From Podarcis gaigeae (Eukaryota): a DNA stretch of 64,000 bases. The stretch lies in assembly GCA_964106915.2 (NCBI GenBank), contig OZ066924.1; one strand, given 5' to 3'. The first letter of the stretch is position 1, and each line of letters begins with the position of its first letter. Below, one piece after another: positions 40,485 to 53,428 of the stretch. The notes beneath the pieces are model-generated. The model was given only the letters and a program-made list of their open reading frames with translations, had not been told where the DNA came from and did no database searches. The position numbers and the translations under genes were made by a program.

Positions 40485-40567
40485 GGGAAGAGGTTAGATT
40501 GGAAGCCCATCTCCCTCCTTCTGAATGACTTACTTTTCATGGAGGACAGGTGACTCTCATGGATCTC

Positions 40568-40603
<36 letters not shown>

Positions 40604-40731
40604 CTGCTGCCCATCTGACTGGGTTGCCCCAGCTACTCTGGGCAGCTCCCAACAGAATATTAAAAACTCTGTAAAATATCAAACATTAAAAACTTCCCTA
40701 AACAGGACTGCTTCTGAACTCAATTCTATCA

Positions 40732-40840
40732 GCCCTGTGGATAGCTCAGTCGATAGAGCAGGAGACTCTTAATCTCAGAGTTGTGGGTTTGATCCCCATG
40801 TTGGATCAATTGACCCTTGTGGGGTCAACTCTACAATTAC
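40732..40840 (+). mobile_element. tRNA-Lys(CTT)-derived SINE
   Basis: tagctcagtcgatagagcaggagactcttaatctcagagttgtgggtttgatcccca resembles tRNA-Lys-CTT with substitutions, followed by a CR1-like tail remnant. Confidence 0.7.
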
Positions 40841-43087
40841 ATGTCACTAGTATAGACACAGTTTTTTAAAACAAAAAAATGGTTAAACATCTTCCTTTCC
40901 AACTCAGTGTTCTTCAAAGGGTGGATTCACACAGGCACCTCCCGCCCCCAGTACAATTGACAATATGATTGTTTGACATGTTTACCAAGCATTAGTTCCT
41001 TTGGTCAGTGTCAACGTCCATCCTACAAGTCTCACAAGATCTGGCGTTTTTGTCACAGCCTCGAGCTTGGTTGTCTGCTCATCCATCACTTTGTCTTCCC
41101 GGAAACGACAGAGCTCGTTGAACCTGCTCTCCCAATAATCTTAGGAGCTTTCGATCTGAAAGAGAGGCCTGCTGATTTAGGTCTGACCTAAAACCACATG
41201 CACAGTCTTAGAGGCTGTAAGAAGAAAAGATAAATTACACATTCTACGTGGCTTTCTACAATTCAGAAGACTCCACTTTATAAACTTTTCTTAAGCTATA
41301 TTTAGAAGTTATAGAATATAGCTTTATTGGGTGGAGAGTATATATATGGATTGGGGAGTGGGGCATGGCAACCAGGAATGACTAGCCCTCCCAAAAGTTG
41401 TGTGAACAGTCTAATCTTGCTTACTGGCTCTATGTGTAAAGACCACTTCCCTGTAGATATTCATGTTGTCTGCATGGATGCTAGGTGGAAGAGCTAGTTA
41501 GCATAGTCTTCCCATTACTTTACACAAGAGCTGTAACTTCTGAATAGCTCCCTCACCCTCTCCCTCCTTCCTTTATAAGCCACCTTTCTGCAAGCATCAA
41601 TGGTGGGCATCATTGGGTAACTGCAGAAGGCCAGGTTCCCAGCAGGTTGCCTGCTGACAAGCCCCACCTGGACCTATTGTAGTGAGAGATAGGCTCACTG
41701 AGGTGGGGGGCATGGAGGGTGTCTTGTGACTTGTCCAAGGGCCCTCCAAAATCTGGAGCTGACCCTGTGAAAAAAAATATTTCCAAAACAACATCACTCT
41801 CCCCTTCAGTTTGGCAGCTGTTCTACAGTAGGAGAGATGGGTGATCATCTGCTTTGCCTGAAAAAGATCTCGAGTTCAATCCTTAGTATCTCCAGCTAAA
41901 AGAAAATGACTGATATCAGGATTGGGGGAAACCCCTGCCTGAGTACTTGGAGAGCTGCTGCCAGAATGGCTTAGATGGACCAGTGGTTTAAGGTGGCTTC
42001 ATGCATTCAGCTATGGGGCAACTACTGAGCAAGCCTTTATAAGTACAGTCATACCTTGGTTGTCGGTTCCGATTTGAAAGAGAGGTAGAGCTAGGTATCA
42101 TCTGCATACATAGACACAGGTCACAGACTGCACAGAAATATTGTCATCAGCTGCATCATCATTTAGAGAAGCTAAATGATAACTGTTTGCATATCTGCAA
42201 GCATATATTTTATTCATAGTCTGGATAAAACATGGGGGGGGGGGAAAGCAGACTCAGAGGTTGGGGGAAAACTTTGTTCATGAGTTGATGGCAAAAATAA
42301 CCTATGTATGTTTAGACTGAAATGCCTTATCATAGGCTAATCATTGGTGTGAAAGGAATCTTGCAATTACTGCTTCATTCCTCTCTCCATCTTGACAAAA
42401 ACCATCACATTTTGTTCCTTGTACCATTCATCTGACTAGAAATTTTGTGTAGTGGATAAGATATATGACAACTGTGTGGTTATATTTCCATACATATATA
42501 TATATTTAAAGCCACCCTGGTTTCAAATAGTTTCTTCGTTTGGAAATGAAAAGTGGTGGAGGCTTTTTTTATTTTATTACTGCTCGGTGGCTTCCCTTCT
42601 GTGCTGACTGCTGATTTCCCCAAATCTATTTCCTGTAACTGGCATCTCATGCAGAAACTATCAATCTCTATTGGACACACATGGAAGATGGGATAGCCTT
42701 TCAATATTTTTAGCTCGGTGACAGAGAAAGGAGAGGGGTGGTGGAAAGGAAGCTGTAGTGTTGAATCAAAAAGCTATTTCTGCTGGGGCCTGAACAACCT
42801 CTGAGCCACAATTTTCCTGTCAGTTTTGTACACTATGTGTGTACCTCTGGATAAAGCTAAGGAAACTGGAATTCTTACTGTCAACGACTAAGCTATATAT
42901 TTTCTGTTCCTGAATAGTTTGAATGTAAATATAAAAATAAAAGTCTTTACCCTGCCCCAATTGGTTCTGTTACCTTTGAAATTTCTCCCCCAAAATATAT
43001 CAGAATCATATGCAGAAACTGTATTTAATCTTTAATGGAATAGTGGAATAGTGGAATCACATCTCAAAGCAGTTCTTGCAAAAGTAT

Positions 43088-43506
43088 TGTAGCACGCCAC
43101 CCCAATCTCTGAGCCATGCAAGATTCCAGAGTTTCCAGGTCCTTGTCCAGGGTTCAGTTTCCTTGGAGTGTCTGACAGTGGAGACTGTAGTGTCTTTATG
43201 ATATATGGCTTTTTTAATACATAACCTGAGCACTCCAAAAGGTCTTGCTTCTCCTATAGCCGCAGACTTGGCACCAAGCATAAATCAAACATGAGTCTCA
43301 CTCTCTGGCTTTTGCCAGAAGCCTGCATATAGCCCAGCTCTCTCTTACAACTCTACTCTGGCTATTATCCTTCTCATTACCCACCATGTAGTGGAGGGGG
43401 TCCACTCATTTGTCTTCTGGCACAAAGCCACTTCTCTTAGGGCCCATTAACTCACCAAGAAACTTGACCAGCCCCTTCAACAATGGAATCTCCCAAACTC
43501 ACAACA
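43088..43506 (-). mobile_element. Solo LTR
   Basis: TG...CA termini with 4-bp TSD gtat; reverse complement matches 17068-17588. Confidence 0.75.
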
Positions 43507-43722
43507 GTATCTTGCATTATCTGGCCCTTTCTTAAAATAAATTGGGAGCTACCACCACCACCATTTTACCCTCCCAACAACCCAATGAAATAGTTTAGGT
43601 TGTTAGAAAGTGACTGGTCCCATAGTCCCATAGTCACATTTGATCTCAGGCCTTCCTAACCTCAACATCGCACTGACTCTGGGCTATGATTCTCATATAA
43701 GGTATCTATCTATCTATCATCA

Positions 43723-44101
43723 NNNNNNNNNNNNNNNNNNNNNNNNNNNNNNNNNNNNNNNNNNNNNNNNNNNNNNNNNNNNNNNNNNNNNNNNNNNNNN
43801 NNNNNNNNNNNNNNNNNNNNNNNNNNNNNNNNNNNNNNNNNNNNNNNNNNNNNNNNNNNNNNNNNNNNNNNNNNNNNNNNNNNNNNNNNNNNNNNNNNNN
43901 NNNNNNNNNNNNNNNNNNNNNNNNNNNNNNNNNNNNNNNNNNNNNNNNNNNNNNNNNNNNNNNNNNNNNNNNNNNNNNNNNNNNNNNNNNNNNNNNNNNN
44001 NNNNNNNNNNNNNNNNNNNNNNNNNNNNNNNNNNNNNNNNNNNNNNNNNNNNNNNNNNNNNNNNNNNNNNNNNNNNNNNNNNNNNNNNNNNNNNNNNNNN
44101 N
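43723..44101. other. Assembly gap (follows a TATC repeat)
   Basis: N run. Confidence 1.
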
Positions 44102-46806
44102 ATTTATACACTTCCCTGTTAACACATTATCAGAGCGGCTTGCAGTATAGTCGGGAGAGGGATCTTGTTATAACTAATACATGAAGATAACCATGCTTGA
44201 TTTATGCTTGATGCCAAGACTGTGGCTATAGAAGCAAGATCTTTTGGGGTGTCGATGCTTTGAGCTCCTCCATATTCACTGTGTAGGGGTGCAATCTTGT
44301 ACCTTAGTTATGCCAATTGAGAAATTTTGGGACTTGGCTAAAGCCACACTACATGGGCAGAATGCAGGATATGCTCCTACCATGCTAGATACCCCAGAGG
44401 CACACTGTTTTGGTGTTGTCACCTGTCATTCCCGGGCACACACAAAAGCTTTTTTGAGCTGGAACTCCTCAGAACTCAGTTTCAGCACCTCTCAGGTGGG
44501 TGCCATTGCTATTCTAAGAGAATGAAGGAGATGTTAATGGTGAGTTCCGGGACATCTTTTTCTAGAAAAATAGCACTGGCAAACAGGAGATCATTCACCC
44601 TTTTTTAAAAAAGGTCATGCTTGGATGTTTCCCCCTTTCCCACCTGGGCTGGGCATGCATAAGATATGGCAGGTCTCCCATCTTCCTCAATATAATTAGA
44701 ATAGAGAATTGCTCTGCCCAACTCCATTCTTCATCTTCCCTCTTTTTGAAATGAAACCAGTTCCCTTTATGGCTCAGCTCAACATATAGCCAAGTAAATT
44801 AATTTTACACCTTTAATATTAAAGGAGAGGGCTGGCATGAAAAATGGTTGAGTTAAAATCAAACACAAGATGAATGATGAGAAAGAATTAATTAGATTGA
44901 AGCAGAATTACATTCTTATCCTTTCCTCCTAGTTTGTGGACCTAGCAGTGTATGCTGCTTAAAGCATCATGAACTCATTACGTAATTGACACCAGGGTGC
45001 CATATTTAGACTTCTGCCTTTTTATTTCATACTCAGTTCTTTGTTCTAAAATAAAGGGACCCATGAGATTTATGTCAACATAGGAAGTCCTGTTGAAACC
45101 AATGCATGTTCATTTGGAAGTAATTTCCACTAGGTTCGATGGGACTTACTCCCAAGTAAGTCATCACAGGATCACAGCATTAGACATAAATTAGAAATCT
45201 CTTTCCACAATGAGAGATTACTATGGATAACAGATGTACAATCTACATCATTTCTCATCAAAGATCACATACGGTTTCTTAAAATAACAATGACTGTATC
45301 CAGCAAGTCTGGTGTGTGTGTGTGTGTGTGTTTATGTGAACAGAACAGCATCACTCTTCAAGAAGAGACTGAATGTTTTTCTGTTTATGTGATGGGATTT
45401 ATAGAACAGCAAAAGTACTTTTGCCCTGTAATCGTAATAAATTACATATCATGGTCAACAGGGAGAATCTAGGAAGTAAAATGATTTGCTGTATTGTTGG
45501 GGTTTTGAAGGCAGCTGTTTTAACATACTGTATGAGAATATATCTCCCTTATTTGCTCTTTTTAAGGGATAGAAAGTTGACCTACATTGATGCAATTTTG
45601 CCTGGATACTGGCTTTACTACCCAGTAGCTAATTGGTCTATTATCTGGCTTGGATTCCTTCCTTCCTTCCAATGAAGAGATAGAAGTCAAAATGTGGAGG
45701 CAATATTCCAACCAAATTTTTGGGTGAGAAAGAACCCTGTTGCCAACCTCTACTGTATTTAATGCAGGAATCTACAACTAGGTTTTCCACCTGACTTCTG
45801 CTGTGGAAGTCATGGCACAGGGAGCACATCCCAGTGCACTGGGCTCAGCTGAGACTATCTGCTCTTTAGCTCATCTTTTACCGATACTTTCACTTCTTGG
45901 CTGCCATTGCATCTGACTGCAGGCAAGGGAAATATGAGACAGGATGGTCCACCTGGCCTCTCTCCCTTAGACCTGTCTGTCTAGTAGCCATTTCACCTGA
46001 GCTCTGTTTCAAAGTGGAGGGAGGGAAACAGCGGGGCTACACTCACTGGCCCAGGGGTGCCAACAATAGGCGGTGGAAGGGGCTTTGGCCCCTTCAATAT
46101 TTGTGGTCAGAGGGCTTAGCCCCCTAATATTGAGGGGAGCACCATTTCCTGCCGCTGCTGGGTGAGCGCTTGTGCACTGGGTGAGGGTGGGACAGGTCAT
46201 GTGACTCCTCCCCCTCAGTGTGTGTGTGTGGTGGGGGGCAAATTGGCACCTCTGCACTGGCCTCTTCCCTGCATTCATGGGAGCTCTGGCCATTCACTGG
46301 CAAGCATGTCCATAAAGAGGAACCTGCTATACACACCTAGGCTCCCCCCCATGATTTAGAACCCAACATATTCAGGGTTCCAAGTCACAAGGGAAGTCTA
46401 CCTCCACACACAGAGAAAGTCTCTACAGAGCCAAAAAGAGCTTTACAGCAGGGGTGGGGCCAGTGCATATGGTCCTGCTGTTTCCATCCACACAACTATG
46501 ATTGCATGGGCTCTGGTCAACATCTAACTGGAAAATTTTGGTTAACGTTTGCTTGCTCTCCTCTTTTTGTGTTGTTAAAACCAAAAGGCCATGTCAGAGT
46601 TCTGATCAATGGGTGCTATAGAAAACTTAAGACGCACACACATATCAGGGAAACCCCCCCCCCAAAAGACTTACACATGAACCACCGTCTGAAGTGAATT
46701 CCTGGTTTGTTTGCAAGCTGCTGAACTCACAAAACTTGGGTTCTTTGCATGGTTTAGGGTTGGCTTTGAGAGAAAGCAGGGCTCTTGTGCCCTTAAGAGC
46801 TGTGTG

Positions 46807-47329
46807 CAGGGTCAGAGCAAGGTTTGGGCAGCGGGGGCAGTCCGCCCTGGGTGCCATCACTGAGGGGGGTGTCATTTGGCATGCTGCTGGCCTGCGACTC
46901 CCGCCTACCCCGAGCCCTCGGGGGAAGGGGGTGAGTTGCGCTGTTTTGCCTTCTCCCCTTTCCCCTTCGTTTTGAGAGCCCCACGCTCCGGGGCTGCTGG
47001 AGGAGGCATGCAGGCAGACAGGGAGATGGTGGAAAGCAGGCTGGCAAGCAAGCAGAGGATGGAGGGAAGGAGAGCACCAGAGGCTCCCTCAAGTAAGGAC
47101 CCAAACCCTGTAACCCCCCTAAAAGCTCAACAACTTTGGTCAATCCTTCCCATAAAAAAGCTCGACTCCTGGCAATGACAATAGGTAGATCACCCTAGTA
47201 TTTTTATACTGTGAGTAGATTGCAGTCTCTTGGGAGTCCAACTAGATTTCAATGTATGTGTGTGTGTGGGGGGGGGGGGTGACAAGAAATTTTCTGCACC
47301 GGGTACCACCTGACCTTGCTATGCCACTG
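46807..47329. mobile_element. hAT (Tip100-like) non-autonomous element
   Basis: TIRs cagggtcagagcaagg / ccttgctatgccactg; perfect 8-bp TSD gctgtgtg at 46799-46806 and 47330-47337. Confidence 0.82.
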
Positions 47330-48976
47330 GCTGTGTGGCATGCATAAATTCCTAGTATCAGAATACAGTTATGGGAATTTCTTCACCTGTTGGTTTTCTG
47401 TTTGTCTGACGTCTTATTACTTGTGTATGTTCCCTGATTTGTTTTTGGTCCATCTGCATAAGAGAACACAAATTTCATTTAGTCAATGTGCACAGAAATG
47501 TTATGCAAATTTGTGTCTTCTTTTGCAGATGGAGCAGAGGACACAATCCACATGCATTGTACTGTTCCCAGTCAACCCCTGTAACTAGGCAGCAGCATAC
47601 CCAAAAGGGGGGCGCTATGACAACTCTGAAATATAGACCTCTGCTTAATTTTGTGTGTTTGATGTGGGGCTGAGGCTGGTTAAAACTTACACTGAAAATA
47701 TCCCTCACAGAACAGCCCGAGGATATGGTCAGTCTTGTTCCATTCTCCCTCTCAATGTCCCCCACCCAGCTCAAATTCAGCATTCAGTTGCAATCTGAAT
47801 CCTTGTGTTCCATTGACTTGCATGCAGACAAATCACTTATGAAAATGCTCAGAGAATACATTACAAAAGTAAGAGTGAAATTAGCAGTGAGCAATTTGCA
47901 CCTTATGCAAATTAGGTTATTCAGACTTGGGAGACGGGAGAATGGCATCTCTCCATAACACACAAAATTAGCCCAAGAGCAGGTTGTATGAAATGAATAT
48001 GTAATTTGTGCAGGTAGCAAAAATAAGGAAAGCTAGCCTTCAAATCATCAACACATGACCAAGATCGCTACTGAATTGCTGGAAAGAATGCCATCATTTG
48101 TCAACCATGCAATCAAACCTTGGCCCTTGACTATTGTTTTGCAGATCATAAAACTGGCATCAGGAGTCCTGTGATCCACAACTTCAGATTCATGAAGTGT
48201 GAAAGTCTCCTTCAGTCAAGCTTTCATTAATATCTCAAGAAGGATATTAATAAATGGAAGAAAGAAACTTCTGCGGAAAGAAGTATTCTGCATAAGCTTC
48301 TTCATTGTTACCATTTAAATTACATTCTGTGTCTGCCACTTAATAAAACCCATTGCCTCCATTTACAGAAAGTGAAAATTAATTTGGTGTTCTCAACCTG
48401 AAACTACCTTCATCTGTTCATTTCTGGAAAATTATGCACTTAGTGGTCTTTCAGAGGCATAAGATGGAGATGGTCCTTGTTGTGAGGACTGCCATGTATT
48501 ACAGAGAACGTTTATGGGGGAGCTTAACAGCCATCCTTAAAAGAGCCGTCCCCAACCTGGTGCCCCCCACTCATTTTGGACTACAACTCCCAGCAGCCCC
48601 AGCAGCTGAGCAGTGCTGCATTGAGCTGATGGGAGTTGTAGCACAGAACACCTGGAGGGCACTAGGCTGGGGAAGACTGCTTGAAGGCCACAACACTTCT
48701 TCTGAGAGAGTGTGACCAGCCTATCACTGTCATGACAAATACATTTTCTCACACTTACACGAGAAATCACTGCAGATAATGAAGGGCGTAACCAACATGG
48801 TGCCCTCCAGCTGTTGTGGGACTACAGCTCATAGTCCCTGCTAGTGTGGGCACCAGGGATGATGGGATTTGTAGTCCAACAAGATCTGGAAGGCATATAG
48901 TTGCCCCTGCTATAGGTGATTGTCTTATTGAACTAGATGCCCCTGCTGTAGGTAACACATGTAACAAGTCTCTTAT

Positions 48977-49358
48977 AAGGTAAAGGGATCCCTGACCATT
49001 AGGTCCAGTTGTGACCGACTCTGGGGTTGCGGTGCTCATCTTGCTTTACTGGCTGAGGGAGCCAAAACCCCCAAAATTGACTGAGTTTTCTCCTTACTTG
49101 CACTTCTCAACAAATGAGACTGCTTGGCTAATCAAGATCTGATATAAAGAGCCATTATCTCCCAATAAAGGTAAAGGTAAAGGGACCCCTGACACAGCTC
49201 TGGAGTGGTACCTATTTCTCTACTTGCACTTGACGTGCTTTCGAACTGGTAGGTTGGCAGGAGCAGGGACTAAGCAACAGGAGCTCACCCCGTCGCAGGG
49301 ATTCGAACTGCCGACCTTCTGATTGGCAAGTCCTAGGCTCTGTGGTTTAACCCACAGC
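48977..49358 (-). mobile_element. Chimeric Sauria SINE with internal 130-nt insertion copied from 52611-52748
   Basis: SINE 3' part 48977-49064, inserted flank plus second tail 49064-49193, SINE 5' part 49194-49358 with an internal deletion. Confidence 0.88.
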
Positions 49359-50405
49359 TACAGCAGGGCAAAACAAATGGGTCATATGCTGAAACTCAAA
49401 CCTTTGATTATCTATTTTCCCAGTACAGGTGGCGACCATTTTAGGCACATTCAACTGACATGTGAGCACTGACATGCAGGTCCATTTGGACCAGGTAGAG
49501 GGCAGAATGGGAGTGGAACAAGGGAAGGGCATAATTAGGGTGTAATGTGCTTATGCACACTTCACTGATGCATGTGGGGGTCGGGAATGGAATCCCCTGG
49601 GCAAAATGGTAGCTTCCTGCACAGCACAACTCTTTTAATTGGTACAATAAATAAACATTTTAATGTTGGAGCAGATATCTCTTTTTTATTTATTTAAGCA
49701 GGATATATAAAAAAGAAAGTGATGCCATTTTGGAGAGTGGAATGTTGGGGCTCAGTAGTTAGAGTCAGATATCCTATAGTCTTTCACCTGAGGAAAAAAA
49801 GGATTCTATAAGCCAATCTTTTCCAACTGCGTGCCCTCCAGAATTGGTTAGACCAACTCCCACCAGCCCTACTCAGCATGGCCAATGACCAAGGAAGATG
49901 GAAGTTATAATTCAAAACATTTGAAGGGTACCAGGTTGAGGATGGCTGGTAGAAACAAATGGGATGGACCACTGTGACTTGGACACATGCAGAAAGTCCT
50001 AGAAATTCAATTTCCAGTTTGTTTTTAAATTTCACATGGCGAATCTTGGAAGCATTTTTGCCTACAACCTTTTGAAGCACTGGCACCACTTGACAATCTA
50101 GAGAATTTGGGTTTATGACTATACAATCCTAGAGCTACTTTATTTCTTCTTGAAGGGAAATAATTTCATGAACAATATGGCTGGCATTATGTCTATCAGC
50201 TGAAACCCATGTATTAGAAACAGTTGCCCATTGTTCTGCCATTCACAATCCACATACATGGTCACCCCATGTTGTAGTAGAAGGCCCATCAAATGATTCC
50301 AGAGGGATGGGAAGGTGTTACCAAAATGTATGCAGCTGATTATACAACATCTTAGGCAAGAAACAGCCACCACTTTGGAACACCTGCTCATTTTTGTTTC
50401 ATCTA

Positions 50406-50768
50406 AGGTAAAGGTAAAGGTACCCCTGCCCGTACGGGCCAGTCTTGACAGACTCTGGGGTTGTGCGCCCATCTCACTTAAGAGGCCAGGGGCCAGCGCT
50501 GTCCGGAGACACTTCCGGGTCACGTGGCCAGCGTGACATCGCTGCTCTGGCGAGCCAGAGCCGCACACGGAAACACCGTTTACCTTCCCGCTGGTAAGCG
50601 GTCCCTATTTATCTACTTGCACCCGGAGGTGCTTTCGAACTGCTAGGTTGGCAGGCGCTGGGACCGAGCAGCGGGAGCGCACCCCGCCGCAGGGATTCGA
50701 ACCGCCGACCTTTCGATCGGCAAGTCCTAGGCGCTGAGGCTTTAACCCACAGCGCCACCTGCGTCCCC
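50406..50768 (-). mobile_element. Young Sauria SINE (distinct CpG-rich subfamily)
   Basis: CpGs retained; perfect 14-bp TSD ttttgtttcatcta at 50392-50405 and 50771-50784. Confidence 0.94.
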
Positions 50769-50835
50769 TATTTTGTTTCATCTAGCATGAAACAAAACAA
50801 CACGTCAGCCCTTCATGCGATATTTTCCATAAATA

Positions 50836-51073
50836 CAGTGGCACCTCGGGTTACGGACGCTTCAGGTTACAGACGCTTCAGGTTACAGACGCTTCAGGTT
50901 ACAGGTTCCACCAACCCAGAAATAGTACTTCAGGTTAAGAACAGAAATTGTGAGTGACGGTACAGTGGCAGCGGGAGGCCCCATTAGCTAAAGTGGTACC
51001 TCAGGTTAAGAACAGTTTCAGGTTAAGAACGGACCTCCGGAACGAATTAAGTTCTTAACCCGAGGTACCACTA
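50836..51073. mobile_element. Tc1/mariner MITE, family of 6783-7007 in opposite orientation
   Basis: cagtggcacctcgggtta...aacccgaggtaccact TIRs, TA flanks. Confidence 0.86.
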
Positions 51074-52721
51074 TACTTCACTTTTCATTCAAAGGACCTT
51101 TTACCTGAAGGAATGACCAGCGGGTGTGGAGCACACTTCCACCTACAGACAAAGCCACAGCAGTCTGAACATCATGCCCTCTATCTAACCTTTGCTCTCT
51201 TAGTGGTCTGCCATGCCCTGTCTATGACCTTTGTCTCCTTTATCATACATTGTTCTAGGAGAAAGTGACACGGTGGAAACAGGTGCCAAAATAACTTTGT
51301 ACCACCCCACGATCTCGGGATTGGAAGATGTGTAAAGGTCACAGTCCAAAATGTATCTGCCTGGTTTTGCATATTGTGCTAATATAAAGAGCCTTGGCAG
51401 AGCTAGCTGGCAGCTTGCTTATGCACAGCTCACCTGCATTACCAACTCCTGCCTCATGTCCTTCACTTCATTACCTCTTATGAACATTGTCTTCACAAGA
51501 CTAATCTTAAATATGCGTGAATAGTCACACTTCAAGTTTCCACACTGAAGGTCTCATTTTACAAAGTTTCTCTCAAGTTTTTTAGGAGATCACCAGAAAG
51601 ATCTGAGCTGGCAGTTTTTACTTGTATTGAAGGGAATATATACATTCCTCCCTCAAAAAGGTGATTGCACGGCAGTCATGCCACAGAATTTCATGCTGTA
51701 TAGTTTTATACACCAGCTATAAACATATTGTTTAAGAAAAGGAACTATGCACTGAGGCAGAATATATTAACTGAGAAGGAAAGGGTGGCATCTGATTCTG
51801 ATGTCACATGAGTCAAAGGAGCAAACTCAGTGGGCTTCAGCAAAGGCAACTTTTGACAATTAAAATAGAGTGTTGTTGGATTTTAGGCTTATACATACAT
51901 ACAGACACACAAGCCATGTAGAAGCTGCTTTTCTGCAATGTGTTTTGATGTTACTGAGAGCTGCAGGTAAATGATGTAATTATGTGGTTGAGATCAATTG
52001 CACAAATCTCTCCCATTGCACACCTTGAATCGTGCAGCAGGATCTTCTACATGGCAGAGAAGGGCACTCATAAGAAGGCGTAATGGGTAGCAGAAACATC
52101 AAGCTGGTGGCTCAGTGATCACCATCCAATCTTTGCTAGAAGATGGGATCTCACTCAAAGCTGTGTTTGTCAAAGGACCAAGCGTGCTTCTTCATTTCCA
52201 CTGAGGCAGCCTTGGAGGAAGGTTGATGGCTTAAGACTAAGTAATAATTATTTAAGAAGCATAAACAGAAACAATTGAAATCTAGAAAGACGCATTATGT
52301 GCTTCCTCTCAGGGGTTATAAAATAGGTTCTAAATTTTTTAATCTTTGCCTCATCTGTGTGTGCTTCATCTAATATGCATGCCTAGATGTAATGAATATA
52401 AATTGTATCTAAAATAAACTAATAAATTGGATCCCTGATTAGCCAAAACAGTCTCATTTGTTGAAAAGTCAAATGCAAATTCTTCAGGGTCATTGTCTCA
52501 ACATGAATACAAGTGAGGTTCAGACCTTTTTCTCGAGAACACATCCTTCCCCTTTTCTTAAGAATATATAAAGTGAATGGCTAAAAGATTCTTTTTCTAA
52601 AAAAACCCCAAAAACTCCCAAGATGGACTGAGTTTTCTCCTTACTTGCACTTCTCAACAAATGAGACTGCTTTGGCTAATCAAGATCTGATTTATTATAT
52701 AAAGAGCCATTCTCTCCCAAT

Positions 52722-53077
52722 AAAGGTAAAGGTAAAGGGACCCCTGACCATTAGGTCCAGTCGTGACCGACTCTGGGGTTGCGGCACTCATCTCGCTTTA
52801 TTGACTGAGGGAGCCAGCGTACAGCTTCTGGGTCATGTGGCCAGCATGACTAAGCCACTTCTGGCGAACCAGAGCAGCACACAGAAACGCCGTTTACCTT
52901 CCTGCTGGAGTGGTACCTATTTATCTACTTGCACTTGACGTGCTTTCGAACTGCTAGGTTGGCAGGAGCAGGGACCGAGCAAGGGGAGCTCACCCAGTCG
53001 CGGGGATTCGAACTGCCGACCTTCTGATTGGCAAGTCCTAGGCTCTGTGGTTTAACCCACAGCGTCACCTGCATCCC
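52722..53077 (-). mobile_element. Sauria SINE
   Basis: Full length, tail aaaggtaaaggtaaagggacccc to head gcatccc. Confidence 0.93.
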
Positions 53078-53428
53078 TTAACAATAACAACAAGCAAATT
53101 CATTTATTTGTTGCATCTGTATGCTTGTCTCATGCCTTTTTGGCAAGTGTATGTGGTCAGCAGATCTAAGTTCCAAGGTCCATGTGAAATCAAACCCATT
53201 TATATACAGGGTAGCGCTCTATGTGTTTCCAAGCAACACACTGAAAATCTTAAACTGCTTTACAATGAGTCCAGATAGCCCAGTTTTGTCTAATCTGAAT
53301 GGTAATGGTTCTTCTGAGTTTTAGGCAAGGCATCTTGTACAACAAGAGCTCCCCTTAACTGGAGATGTCATTGATTGGACCTGAATAACTTCTGCATATA
53401 CAACAGTTGAGTTGGGCTCCTACCTTCT

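Noticed and set aside
40732-40805. Possible tRNA-Lys gene
   Set aside because: T-loop (gtttgat) and stems are mutated, and the sequence continues into a SINE tail.
43640-44125. ORFs spanning N runs (also 26121-26367)
   Set aside because: Artefacts of assembly gaps.
50851-50905. Short direct repeats (gacgcttcaggttaca) resembling an array
   Set aside because: Subterminal MITE repeats with no unique spacers; vertebrate DNA, no cas genes, not CRISPR.
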